Source: Candidatus Xenobia bacterium (lineage in GTDB: Bacteria; Vulcanimicrobiota; Xenobia; Xenobiales; QWHO01). From it: DNA of 15,961 bases. The notes under the pieces were generated by a model. It was not told the DNA's origin. It made no database searches and saw only the letters and a list, made by a program, of their open reading frames with translations. The stretch spans positions 1 to 15,961 of the forward strand of contig BTUM01000127.1 of assembly GCA_045863235.1 (NCBI GenBank). The letters run 5' to 3'. Shown in pieces: positions 1-7,638 of this stretch (within the stretch, counting starts at the first letter, position 1; the number at the start of each line of letters is the position of its first letter). Position numbers and translations under genes: made by a program.

Positions 1-54
1 AAGCTCAACTCGCCCCCGGGCTCCGTGCTCTTCAATGGAGTGCCCGTGCCCTGA
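1..54 (+). CDS. Partial CDS, probable 3' end of an upstream gene (…KLNSPPGSVLFNGVPVP*)
   Basis: Frame 1 is open from the window edge to TGA at 52-54 with G/C at most third positions. Too short to assign a product. Confidence 0.45.
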   Translation, partial: KLNSPPGSVLFNGVPVP

Positions 55-119
55 CCCGAGGGACCTTCAGGATGATCTCAGTCATTCTCTGCCCTGCTGC
101 GAAGTGGCATTCTTTGAAT

Positions 120-2291
120 GTGACAAGCTTGAGGACCATCGTGCAACTCCTGACCCTGGCTCTGCTGCTCTGTGCCTGCGGCGGACCGGAGCTCAGCACG
201 GGCGGCCCGGGTCAAGCGCCCGCCGACCCGATGGTGACCCGCGACGGGGGCAGTCTGACGAGCATCCAGGTCGTGCCGGGCGATCAGTCATTACCGGTCG
301 GTCTACTATACCAGTACAGGGCACTGGGCACTTACTCGGACGGATACGTCGAGGACCTCACCAACGTGGTCGCGTGGAGTAGCACGAACGCCGGGGTGGC
401 AACTCTCTCGAACCTGGCCGGCACCAGGGGCCGTTTGCGCTGCCAGGGCCCTGGCACGGCCACGGTCCGGGCCAGGCTCAACGGTTTGCTGGGCACGGCG
501 AGCCTGACCGTGAGCTCGGCCAGAGCGATTTCCATCCGGGTCGAGTCGGGCCCCAGCGATCCTTTGCCGGTGGGACTGACACGCCAGTTCCTCGCTATCG
601 GGGTGTATGACGATGGCTCGGAGCACGATGTGACGCTGACTGCGAACTGGGGCTCAAGCAACACGACCCTGGCAACCGTTTCGAATCAGGCCAACAAGGG
701 CTTGGCGACCGCTCTCTCGCCCGGTGCGCTTCAGGTTCGCGCCCGCCTGGATAGCCTGCTTGGCGCTGCTCCGCTCCAGGTCGTCAGGGCCATCCTGGTG
801 TCCATCCAGGTAAGTCCGACCGAGCCGACTCTGCCTGATGGGGTGGTGCGCCCGTTCACGGCCACCGGGCACTACAGCGACGGGAGCACTGTAGATCTCA
901 CGTCGAGCTCGATCTGGACCAGTTCCCTGCCGGGCAAGGTGCGGGTCAGCAATACCCGGCCGACCAAAGGGCTGGTGACAGCCCGCTCCCCGGGCCAGAG
1001 CACGATCCGGGCTTCGGTCGGCTCAATCAATGGCTCGACCCTGGTCACCGTGACCAGCGAACTGGCCATGGAGCTGATCAGCGTCTCTTCGAGCGGGCAG
1101 CAGCAGAATGCGAGCAGCCCCAGCGGGTATCCTCCGGCTCTGTCCCACGACGGCCAGAAGGTTGCCTTCAGCTCGAATGCGACCAACCTGGCGGCAGTAT
1201 CGCCCGGTACGACGAATGTCTTCCTTCGTGACCGACAGGCAGGAACGACGATTCTCGTGAGCCAGGACACGGATGGGACTCCCGGTGACAATAACAGCTG
1301 GGATGTCACCATCTCGGGAGACGGGGACCGGGTCGTCTTTCAATCCTGGGCCCGATTTGCCGAGAATGCGACTTCATTCGACCGCGACGTCTACGTGCGC
1401 GACCTCTCCAGCGGCACCACGAGGCTCGTGGCAAGGCTTCACGATGGCGTCCCGTTCGACTCGCCTTCCTGGAACGCAGTGATCTCAGCCGATGGGAGCA
1501 CAGTAGCTCTGAATGGCGCCCCCCACTGGAACGGTCCATTCAACCACTACGACGACCTGTTTTTCCGGCTCCTCGACGTTCCGGCTACGCTCGTCCTGCT
1601 CAACCCGGCACTCCAGGAACCTCTCGGCCTTCCATTCGTGGAATCCCTCTCGTCGGACGGTCAGATCGTGGCCCTCACCTATCGCGACAACGACCTGGTC
1701 TTGATACCCGCTCCGAATATCCAACACGTTTACACCCACGACAACAGGACGGGCATCTTTACGCTGATCGACGTGGGGCCCACCGGTCTTGCCGGCAACG
1801 ATTGGAGCGGGAACGATGCGGTCAGCCTTTCGGGCGACGGCCGCTACGTGGCATTCCAGAGCGCCTCCGATAACCTGGTCGTGCCCGACAGCAACGGCCG
1901 GAGGGGGGATGTCTTCCTCCGCGACACGCAGACGAACACGACCCGTCTTGTCAACACCACCATCCAGGGCCTGCAGGCAGACCTGGGAGGATCCGAGCCC
2001 AGGATCTCCGCTGATGGACGTTACGTGGTCTTCACCTCCAACGCCACCAACCTGCACGGGCCAGCGGGTTTCAGCCGGGTCTTCGTCAAGGACATGCTGA
2101 CTGGAAGGTGCGTGGCGGTGAGCCGCCCTGCCTCCGGGACCGGGTGGCCGGACGGGGACTCGAGCGAATGCTCGATCTCGGGCGATGGAACAACCATAGG
2201 ATTTGCGTCGATAGCCAGCAACCTGGTGCCGGGGGACGGCAATGGAGCAGAAGACCTGTTCGTGGTGACAAATCCCCTCTATGGCGACTGA
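120..2291 (+). CDS. Putative surface lipoprotein: 3x bacterial Ig-like (Big_2, Lig-type) domains + C-terminal TolB/PD40-like beta-propeller
   Basis: ORF 72..2291. Hydrophobic stretch IVQLLTLALLL ends in the lipobox-like LCA-C (Cys codon 177-179), followed by a Gly/Pro linker. Three repeats of SIxVxP…G(T/V/H)Y(S/D)DG…D(L/V)T…W.SS…SN…G…PG. C-terminal repeats of the type (I/L)SxDG(R/Q)xVxFxSxAxNL and VF(L/V)(R/K)D…T.LV(S/N). GTG at 120 (or TTG at 129) gives a normal-length signal peptide, so it is preferred to ATG 72. Confidence 0.85.
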   Translation: MTSLRTIVQLLTLALLLCACGGPELSTGGPGQAPADPMVTRDGGSLTSIQVVPGDQSLPVGLLYQYRALGTYSDGYVEDLTNVVAWSSTNAGVATLSNLAGTRGRLRCQGPGTATVRARLNGLLGTASLTVSSARAISIRVESGPSDPLPVGLTRQFLAIGVYDDGSEHDVTLTANWGSSNTTLATVSNQANKGLATALSPGALQVRARLDSLLGAAPLQVVRAILVSIQVSPTEPTLPDGVVRPFTATGHYSDGSTVDLTSSSIWTSSLPGKVRVSNTRPTKGLVTARSPGQSTIRASVGSINGSTLVTVTSELAMELISVSSSGQQQNASSPSGYPPALSHDGQKVAFSSNATNLAAVSPGTTNVFLRDRQAGTTILVSQDTDGTPGDNNSWDVTISGDGDRVVFQSWARFAENATSFDRDVYVRDLSSGTTRLVARLHDGVPFDSPSWNAVISADGSTVALNGAPHWNGPFNHYDDLFFRLLDVPATLVLLNPALQEPLGLPFVESLSSDGQIVALTYRDNDLVLIPAPNIQHVYTHDNRTGIFTLIDVGPTGLAGNDWSGNDAVSLSGDGRYVAFQSASDNLVVPDSNGRRGDVFLRDTQTNTTRLVNTTIQGLQADLGGSEPRISADGRYVVFTSNATNLHGPAGFSRVFVKDMLTGRCVAVSRPASGTGWPDGDSSECSISGDGTTIGFASIASNLVPGDGNGAEDLFVVTNPLYGD
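255..1055 (+). repeat. Three tandem ~87-aa Big_2 Ig-like protein repeats (approx. 255-515, 525-785, 795-1055)
   Basis: Aligned by eye: LTSIQVVP…GTYSDG…WSSTN, AISIRVES…GVYDDG…WGSSN, LVSIQVSP…GHYSDG…WTSS. They are diverged at the DNA level, so the duplication is old. Confidence 0.85.
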
Positions 2292-2323
2292 CGCTTTGGA
2301 GGTCAGGCCCGAGTCCGCCTCCC

Positions 2324-3928
2324 TCAGAACGTGGTCTGAACCTGCGCGTAGGGGATGACGGTCGGATCGAGCGGACCCGCTCCGGCAATCGGAAATCCCA
2401 GGTCCAACCTCAGTTGAGCGTTCTCGAAAATCCCCAGGCGCAGACCCACGCCGGCTCCGGTCAGGGTGCGCGAGGCGATCTCTCCCGGCAGGGAATTCAA
2501 GCGCCAGGCCGAGCCGTGATCCACGAAGGCAGCCAGCTGCAGGAGCTGGCGCTCGCTCCAGTCGGTCTCAGGGTCTTCCTCGAGGGGAGAGTAGTTGAGC
2601 TCAGCCGTGACCTGGTAGCCGAGGTCGCCGAGAAACTCCGACTGGGCAAAGCCGCGCACCGAATCGGGCCCGCCCAGGGCGAGCTCCTCCGAGACAAAGA
2701 GCGGGTCGGCTGCGAGCTGACCAGAAAAACGCAGCAATCCGTAAGTCTGGGTTCCCAAAACCTGGACTCGAACCACATCCAGATTGAGCCTGGTAAAAGT
2801 ACCGGTGGCTCCCAGCCGGCTCGAGAGGGGGTCATTAGCTGCGTTGCCCCCCAGCCCCTGAGTGAGGGCGGGCTGGATGATGGTGCGGCCCCGAAGATCG
2901 CGAAGGTCCATCGAATATCCCAGTCGCATCGAGCCATAGACGTCCTTGCCGAAGGGAATTCCCCCCGCGAACGTATTTAGAATGTCCTTGTAGAAAAGGG
3001 CCAGGCTCAAGTCGTCGGAGCGGTCCAGGGAGCGTACGGTCGGGTGGGCCAGCGTCAGCCCGAAGATGTTGGCGCGCCCACGAATGTCGAGAATCTCCAG
3101 CTCCTGGCCCACCGTGAAGGCACTGTTGGAATAGAGCAGGCCCATGCGGGTGCCCTCCAGGTTGACCGGAAACGAGTAGGCTCCCTGGAACACTCCGACT
3201 CTGTCGAAGGGGGTGCCAAAGTTGCCAGAGATTGTCATCAGGTCGCTCTCGGCCAGCAGATTGCCAGCCGAGAAGCTGGCCCCGAAGCGGTGAGTGCTGG
3301 TCTGAGGAGTGCCGAAATTGTTGTAGCTCAGGCCCCCGTGAACAGGAAGCGAGTCGCTCACCTGAAGGACGACATCTGTCGTTCCCTTGACCCCGCCCGG
3401 CTTGAGAACCGTCTTCACTTCCAGGTCGGGCAACTCATTGAGCAGCAGCACGGCCCGGTAGAACGGCTCACTCATCAGGATGCCGTCTGCTGCGATGGCC
3501 GTCCCCAGGCGGGCCTTGAGAAAGTCGCTGGAGTAGGTCTCGTTCCCCTCCACCAGGACCTGTCCAACCTTCCCCTGCAGCACTACGATCTCCACGCTGC
3601 CAGCAGCGATAGCCTGAGCGGGCAGCACTGCTTGAGCCAGCATAAAGCCGCGCTCACGAAACAGAGCGTTGAGTTCGGCCGTCAGCTCTTGCAGGTCAGC
3701 CAGAGAGAGCTGTCGGCCCACGTAAGCCTTGACCAGCTCGTGGATCTCACGCCGCAGTTCGGGGGCGATCCCGTCCACTCCGCTGACGACGATGCGCTTG
3801 ATGGGGACCTTGCGGGGCGGTGACTGGGGAACGGCCTGAGACGGCCCCGGACCGGACTCCTGAGCCGCGACCCCACTCAGCAACCAGACGACCAGAAGCC
3901 CCGCCCAGATCACTCTTCTCACCGCCAC
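2324..3928 (-). CDS. ShlB/FhaC/HecB-family (TpsB, Omp85 superfamily) two-partner secretion outer-membrane transporter
   Basis: Sec signal VRRVIWAGLLVVWLLSGVAA-Q. POTRA segments IKRIVVSGV…LSLADLQELTAELNALFRERGFMLAQAVLPAQ and GKVGQVLVEGN. Barrel with the conserved L6 motif GGPDSVRGF (VRGF at 2648-2659), FVDHG, and terminal Phe (QVQTTF*). Start placed at GTG 3928 (or 3922) because the ORF extension to 4165 overlaps the PilZ gene. Confidence 0.9.
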   Translation of the reverse strand: MAVRRVIWAGLLVVWLLSGVAAQESGPGPSQAVPQSPPRKVPIKRIVVSGVDGIAPELRREIHELVKAYVGRQLSLADLQELTAELNALFRERGFMLAQAVLPAQAIAAGSVEIVVLQGKVGQVLVEGNETYSSDFLKARLGTAIAADGILMSEPFYRAVLLLNELPDLEVKTVLKPGGVKGTTDVVLQVSDSLPVHGGLSYNNFGTPQTSTHRFGASFSAGNLLAESDLMTISGNFGTPFDRVGVFQGAYSFPVNLEGTRMGLLYSNSAFTVGQELEILDIRGRANIFGLTLAHPTVRSLDRSDDLSLALFYKDILNTFAGGIPFGKDVYGSMRLGYSMDLRDLRGRTIIQPALTQGLGGNAANDPLSSRLGATGTFTRLNLDVVRVQVLGTQTYGLLRFSGQLAADPLFVSEELALGGPDSVRGFAQSEFLGDLGYQVTAELNYSPLEEDPETDWSERQLLQLAAFVDHGSAWRLNSLPGEIASRTLTGAGVGLRLGIFENAQLRLDLGFPIAGAGPLDPTVIPYAQVQTTF

Positions 3929-3962
3929 AATACGCCGGGAACTCCACATCCAGCACCGCACT

Positions 3963-4865
3963 TCACAAGTTGCACTCCACGTCGAGCACCGCTTGCTGCT
4001 CGTAGTTGAGAAAACGCCAGCGCTTCCCGCTCGAGCTTTGCGAGCACCCCAGAGCGGCCACTTCGTTCCCCTGCTTGTCGCGATAATCGCGCAGCAGTCG
4101 GGTGGCGGGAATCTTGACCGTTTCCAGCTGGCCCGAGTCGAGCAGGACCTCCACGTGCAGGGCACGGTCCTGGTCCATCCAGCTTTTCTGGATCTTGCCA
4201 GCCAGCGGGCTGAGCTCTTCCTCCAGCGACTCCACCCGGGCCGGACCCTGGTGGCTGAGCTGGGCCTTGAGCACCCCGGCCGGAGTCTTGTCGAAGGCCG
4301 TGCCGAGCACGTCGTCGGTGACCGACTTGAGGGCCAGCTCCAGGTCCACCGCCGGCTCTACGAATTCGAGCCCCACGCGGTACTTGCCGTCGTCGGGGGC
4401 GTGCCGGCACCAGGCCACCCGGGCCTGGCAGGCAACCGGCTCGCCCGACTCGCGCAGATCCAGGCTGAGCTGGATCACCTGGCCCACCGGCAGAGGCCCA
4501 TCGGTTTGAAGCTGCAGGCCGCTCAGGCTGCAATCAAGCGTGAGCGCCTTGTAGTTGGGCAGCTCGGGCGAGACCACCCCGGTGCGGTAGGGCACGCGGG
4601 GAGCCTGGCGCAGACCCTCGGGCGTATCCTGAGCCACCACCTGCTCGTCAGGGGTGAGCCCTTCCAGCACCGAGCCCACTCCCAGGAAACGCCCGTCGCC
4701 CAGGTTGCGGCTGGTCTTGACCCGCACCTGGATCGTGCGGGTGGAGCCGTCGGGCATCTGCAGGCCCAGCGGCTCGAGATAGCCGGGCACGAACCCGACC
4801 GGTGCCAGAAAGACCAGCTCTCCCCCCTCGTAGTGCACCGCTTCGGCCAGAACTGCTGTGCTCAC
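3963..4865 (-). CDS. PilZ domain-containing protein (putative c-di-GMP receptor)
   Basis: Both canonical PilZ motifs are present, RxxxR (RQAPR) and DxSxxG (DCSLSG), followed by ARVAWCR…YRVGLEF (domain approx. 4362-4610). GTG at 4865 is preceded by a GGGGAGG Shine-Dalgarno. Confidence 0.85.
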   Translation of the reverse strand: MSTAVLAEAVHYEGGELVFLAPVGFVPGYLEPLGLQMPDGSTRTIQVRVKTSRNLGDGRFLGVGSVLEGLTPDEQVVAQDTPEGLRQAPRVPYRTGVVSPELPNYKALTLDCSLSGLQLQTDGPLPVGQVIQLSLDLRESGEPVACQARVAWCRHAPDDGKYRVGLEFVEPAVDLELALKSVTDDVLGTAFDKTPAGVLKAQLSHQGPARVESLEEELSPLAGKIQKSWMDQDRALHVEVLLDSGQLETVKIPATRLLRDYRDKQGNEVAALGCSQSSSGKRWRFLNYEQQAVLDVECNL

Positions 4866-4917
4866 GCCATCCTCCCCGTCAAACCTCGGATGGCCTCGGA
4901 TTTCGCTCCCGGGTGGA

Positions 4918-6081
4918 CTAGATCCCCTGCAGAGGACGTCCTTCAGGATCAACCGGACGGGCGACCACCGGCACCTTCACCTTGATGGCCCGACCCTGGC
5001 GCCAGAGCGAGAGCTCGAGCTCCTCGCCCGGACGGGTCTCGGCCATGAGGTTGCGCAACAGGCCCATGTTGGTCACCGGCTTGCCGTTCACGCCGAGCAG
5101 CACGTCGTAGAGCTCCAGGCCGGCTCGAGCGGCCGGGCCCGCCCGATAGCCGCCCACCACCAGGAGACCCTCCTTGCCGGTGAAGCCGATGCGGCGCGAC
5201 AGGTCGGGGTCGAGCGGCTGCAGGAAGAGGCCCATCCAGCCCCGCTCGATGTGGCCCTCCTTCTCCAGAGAGGTCAGCACCTCGCGCACCACCTCGCTGG
5301 GGACCGCCAGGCCTACCCCCTGCGAGCCTCCTGAATGGGACAGGATGGCGGTATTGATGCCCACCACCTCCCCTTTCAGGTTGACCAGCGGACCGCCCGA
5401 GTTCCCCGGGTTGATGGAGGCGTCGGTCTGCAGGAAGTTCTCATAGTCGGCGATACCCAGCCCCTTGCGGCCCTTGGCGCTGATGATGCCGTGCGAGACC
5501 GAGCTCGAGAGCGAGAAGGGGCTTCCGAAGGCCAGCACCCAATCACCCACCCGCAGGGGCTCGGTGGAGCCCCACGCGACCGCTGGCAGGTCGGTGGCCT
5601 CGGTCTCGAGCAAGGCCAGATCGGTGGCCGGGTCGGTGCCGCGCAGCCGGGCTGGCAGGGTGCGCCCATCGGCCAGAGTGACGGCGATCTCCTCCATGCC
5701 CTGGACGACGTGATTGTTGGTCACGATCTTGCCGTCCGAGCCGACGATGAAGCCGGTGCCGGCACTCTGCACCTTGCGCTCCGGGGCCGAGAAGAGATCG
5801 GGCCCGAACTGGTGGCGGAACAGGGGGTGGTCGGCGTAGGGATGGCGGTAGCCGGGGATGACCTTGACGGCGTTGATGCTGACCACGCTGGGCAGCACCC
5901 GATCCACCACGTCGGCGAACTGGGCCGGGGTGGCCACGGCCACCGGGGTCGAGGTGGGGCTGGCCACGGGAGCCGGGGGCGCCGGGGGGCGCTGCAGCTT
6001 CAGGCCGATGGCGGTGCCCAGCAAGAGCAGGATTCCGGCCAGCATCCCCACCAGGATGGGGTGTGGACGATCAAGTCCCAT
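4918..6081 (-). CDS. htrA: HtrA/DegP/DegQ-family trypsin-like serine protease with N-terminal membrane anchor and a single PDZ domain
   Basis: Catalytic triad motifs TNNHVV, DPATDLAL and INPGNSGGPL (Ser codon 5398-5400), plus FLQTDASIN. PDZ segment RGWMGL…GPAARAGLELYDVLLGVNGKPV. Hydrophobic N-terminus and Pro-rich linker. Confidence 0.95.
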   Translation of the reverse strand: MGLDRPHPILVGMLAGILLLLGTAIGLKLQRPPAPPAPVASPTSTPVAVATPAQFADVVDRVLPSVVSINAVKVIPGYRHPYADHPLFRHQFGPDLFSAPERKVQSAGTGFIVGSDGKIVTNNHVVQGMEEIAVTLADGRTLPARLRGTDPATDLALLETEATDLPAVAWGSTEPLRVGDWVLAFGSPFSLSSSVSHGIISAKGRKGLGIADYENFLQTDASINPGNSGGPLVNLKGEVVGINTAILSHSGGSQGVGLAVPSEVVREVLTSLEKEGHIERGWMGLFLQPLDPDLSRRIGFTGKEGLLVVGGYRAGPAARAGLELYDVLLGVNGKPVTNMGLLRNLMAETRPGEELELSLWRQGRAIKVKVPVVARPVDPEGRPLQGI

Positions 6082-6931
6082 AAACGAACTCCACCTCCAC
6101 CGGCTCGGGGATCAAGCGCGCATCGTAGGCTCGCTTGAGCAGCTCATGCACGCCCTGTTTGCCCGACTCGCCGAAATCGAGGGTGGATTCGTTGACGTAC
6201 ATGCCCACGAAGCGGTCGGACAGGTCGCGGTTGAGACCGCGGCCGAACTCCATGGCATAAGTGAGGGCGTCCTCTCTATGCTCGAGGGCATAGCGAATGC
6301 TGCGCTCGAGACAGCCGGTCACCCGCCGCACGAGCTCGTCGCCCAGGTCGCGACGCACCACGTCCACCCCCAGCGGCAGGGGCAGGCCCCCGGTCTGGTC
6401 GGCCCACCACTCGCCCAGGTCCACCAGCTTGATCAGCCCCTCGTTCTGGAAGGTGAGCTGGCCCTCGTGGATGACCAGGCCGGCGGCGGCGTCGCCGCGC
6501 TTGACCACGTCCAGGATCTGATCGAAGGGATGCTCCTGGAAGGGGAACTTCCCGGCAAAGAGCTGGGCAGTGAGGAAGGCGGTGGTGAGCCGTCCGGGGA
6601 TGGCCACCGGGCCCTCCAACGCAGTTTTGAGGTCGGTGCCCGGGCGGGCCACCAGGATGGGCCCGTAGCCGTGGCCCAGGCTGGCCCCACAGGCCATCAG
6701 GGCGTACTTCTTGTGCAGGAAGGCGTAGGCATGCAGCGAGACAGCGGTCACCTCCAGCTCACCCCGGAAAGCCCACAGGTTCAGGGTCTCGATGTCCTGC
6801 AGCACGTGCTGGAAGTCGAGATCGCCCGTATCCAGGGCGTTCTTGGCCAGGGCATAGAACATGAAGGCGTCGTCGGGATCGGGGCTGTGGCCCACCCGGA
6901 TCAGGCGTTTGGCGGTGGCTTCGGTTGTCAT
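6071..6931 (-). CDS. mqnD: 1,4-dihydroxy-6-naphthoate synthase MqnD (MqnA/MqnD family, futalosine menaquinone pathway)
   Basis: Signature N-terminus GHSPDPDDAFMFYAL, plus DIETLN, GYGPILV, AIPGRLTTA, GLVIHEGQLT, DLGEWW…TGGLPLPLG and MYVNE. Overlaps htrA by 11 nt. Confidence 0.9.
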   Translation of the reverse strand: MTTEATAKRLIRVGHSPDPDDAFMFYALAKNALDTGDLDFQHVLQDIETLNLWAFRGELEVTAVSLHAYAFLHKKYALMACGASLGHGYGPILVARPGTDLKTALEGPVAIPGRLTTAFLTAQLFAGKFPFQEHPFDQILDVVKRGDAAAGLVIHEGQLTFQNEGLIKLVDLGEWWADQTGGLPLPLGVDVVRRDLGDELVRRVTGCLERSIRYALEHREDALTYAMEFGRGLNRDLSDRFVGMYVNESTLDFGESGKQGVHELLKRAYDARLIPEPVEVEFVYGT

Positions 6932-6974
6932 AGCGTCCTGCAGTTTAGGTTGCAGGGGGGGATTCTCCTTCGTC

Positions 6975-6980
6975 TAAGCT
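6975..6980 (+). promoter_or_regulatory. Putative -10 box (TAAGCT) 7 nt upstream of the nth start; probably a leaderless transcript
   Basis: TAnnnT hexamer followed by TTGTCGA-GTG, with no Shine-Dalgarno. TTGCAG at 6950-6955 could serve as a -35 (19-nt spacer). Confidence 0.4.
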
Positions 6981-6987
6981 TTGTCGA

Positions 6988-7611
6988 GTGAGCAAGAAAC
7001 GCGCTGCGCAGATTCTGGCCCTGCTGGCCCGGAGCATTCCCGAGCCGGTCTGCGAGCTGAAGCACTCCAACGCCTGGGAGCTCCTGATGGCCACCATTCT
7101 GAGCGCCCAGTGCACCGACGAGCGGGTCAACCAGGTGACCCCGGCGCTGTTCAACCGCTGGCCGGAGCCTCTCTCGCTCTCACGGGCGGTGCGCGAGGAG
7201 GTGGAGGAGGTCGTGCGTCCCACCGGCTTTTACAAGAACAAGGCCCGCTCGATTCAAGAGTGCAGCGCCGCCCTGGTGGAGCGCTTCCGAGGCCAGGTGC
7301 CCCGCACCATGGAGGAGCTGATCAGCCTGCCAGGCGTGGGGCGCAAGACGGCCAACCTGATCTTGAGCCACTGCTTCAACGTGCCGGGGGTGATCGTGGA
7401 TACTCACGTCAAGCGGGTGGCCGCTCGACTGGGGCTGACCGGCAAAGAGGATGCCGACGAGGTCGAGCAGGACTTGATGGGGCTCCTGCCGCGCAAGGGG
7501 TGGAGCGACGGCTCCTCACGGCTGCTGCTCCACGGACGTTATGTCTGCCTGGCCAAGAAGCCGCGCTGCGGAGAGTGCGTGCTGAGCGAGCTCTGCCCTT
7601 CCGCGAGTTGA
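6988..7611 (+). CDS. nth: Endonuclease III (HhH-GPD DNA glycosylase/AP lyase, 4Fe-4S)
   Basis: LMATILSAQCTDERVN, helix-hairpin-helix LISLPGVGRKTAN (catalytic Lys), VDTHVKR (catalytic Asp), and the Fe-S motif C-x6-C-x2-C-x5-C (CLAKKPRCGECVLSELC). GTG start. Confidence 0.96.
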   Translation: MSKKRAAQILALLARSIPEPVCELKHSNAWELLMATILSAQCTDERVNQVTPALFNRWPEPLSLSRAVREEVEEVVRPTGFYKNKARSIQECSAALVERFRGQVPRTMEELISLPGVGRKTANLILSHCFNVPGVIVDTHVKRVAARLGLTGKEDADEVEQDLMGLLPRKGWSDGSSRLLLHGRYVCLAKKPRCGECVLSELCPSAS

Positions 7612-7638
7612 GCCACCGGGCCAGGGAACGCCTCGACG

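Noticed and set aside
2298..2322. GGAGGT/GCCTCC hairpin between the lipoprotein gene and tpsB as a terminator
   Set aside because: Short stem, 13-nt loop and no U-tract; too weak to call.
1..3928. Somewhat lower GC in the lipoprotein/tpsB region as a horizontally acquired island
   Set aside because: The difference is modest by eye and may reflect Thr/Ser/Asn/Phe-rich protein composition. There are no mobility genes or boundary repeats.
3929..4165. N-terminal extension of the TpsB ORF up to 4165
   Set aside because: It overlaps the PilZ gene in another frame, reads as non-coding-like Arg/Ser/Cys/Trp sequence, and would bury the signal peptide that begins at ~3928.
4866..4952. Longer PilZ ORF start at 4952
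   Set aside because: It overlaps the htrA stop, and a clear GGGGAGG RBS supports GTG 4865.
2108..6991. Plus-strand ORFs 2108..2980, 3044..3823, 3993..4985, 5335..6138 and 5858..6991
   Set aside because: Antisense shadows of tpsB, PilZ, htrA and mqnD, which carry the convincing family motifs.
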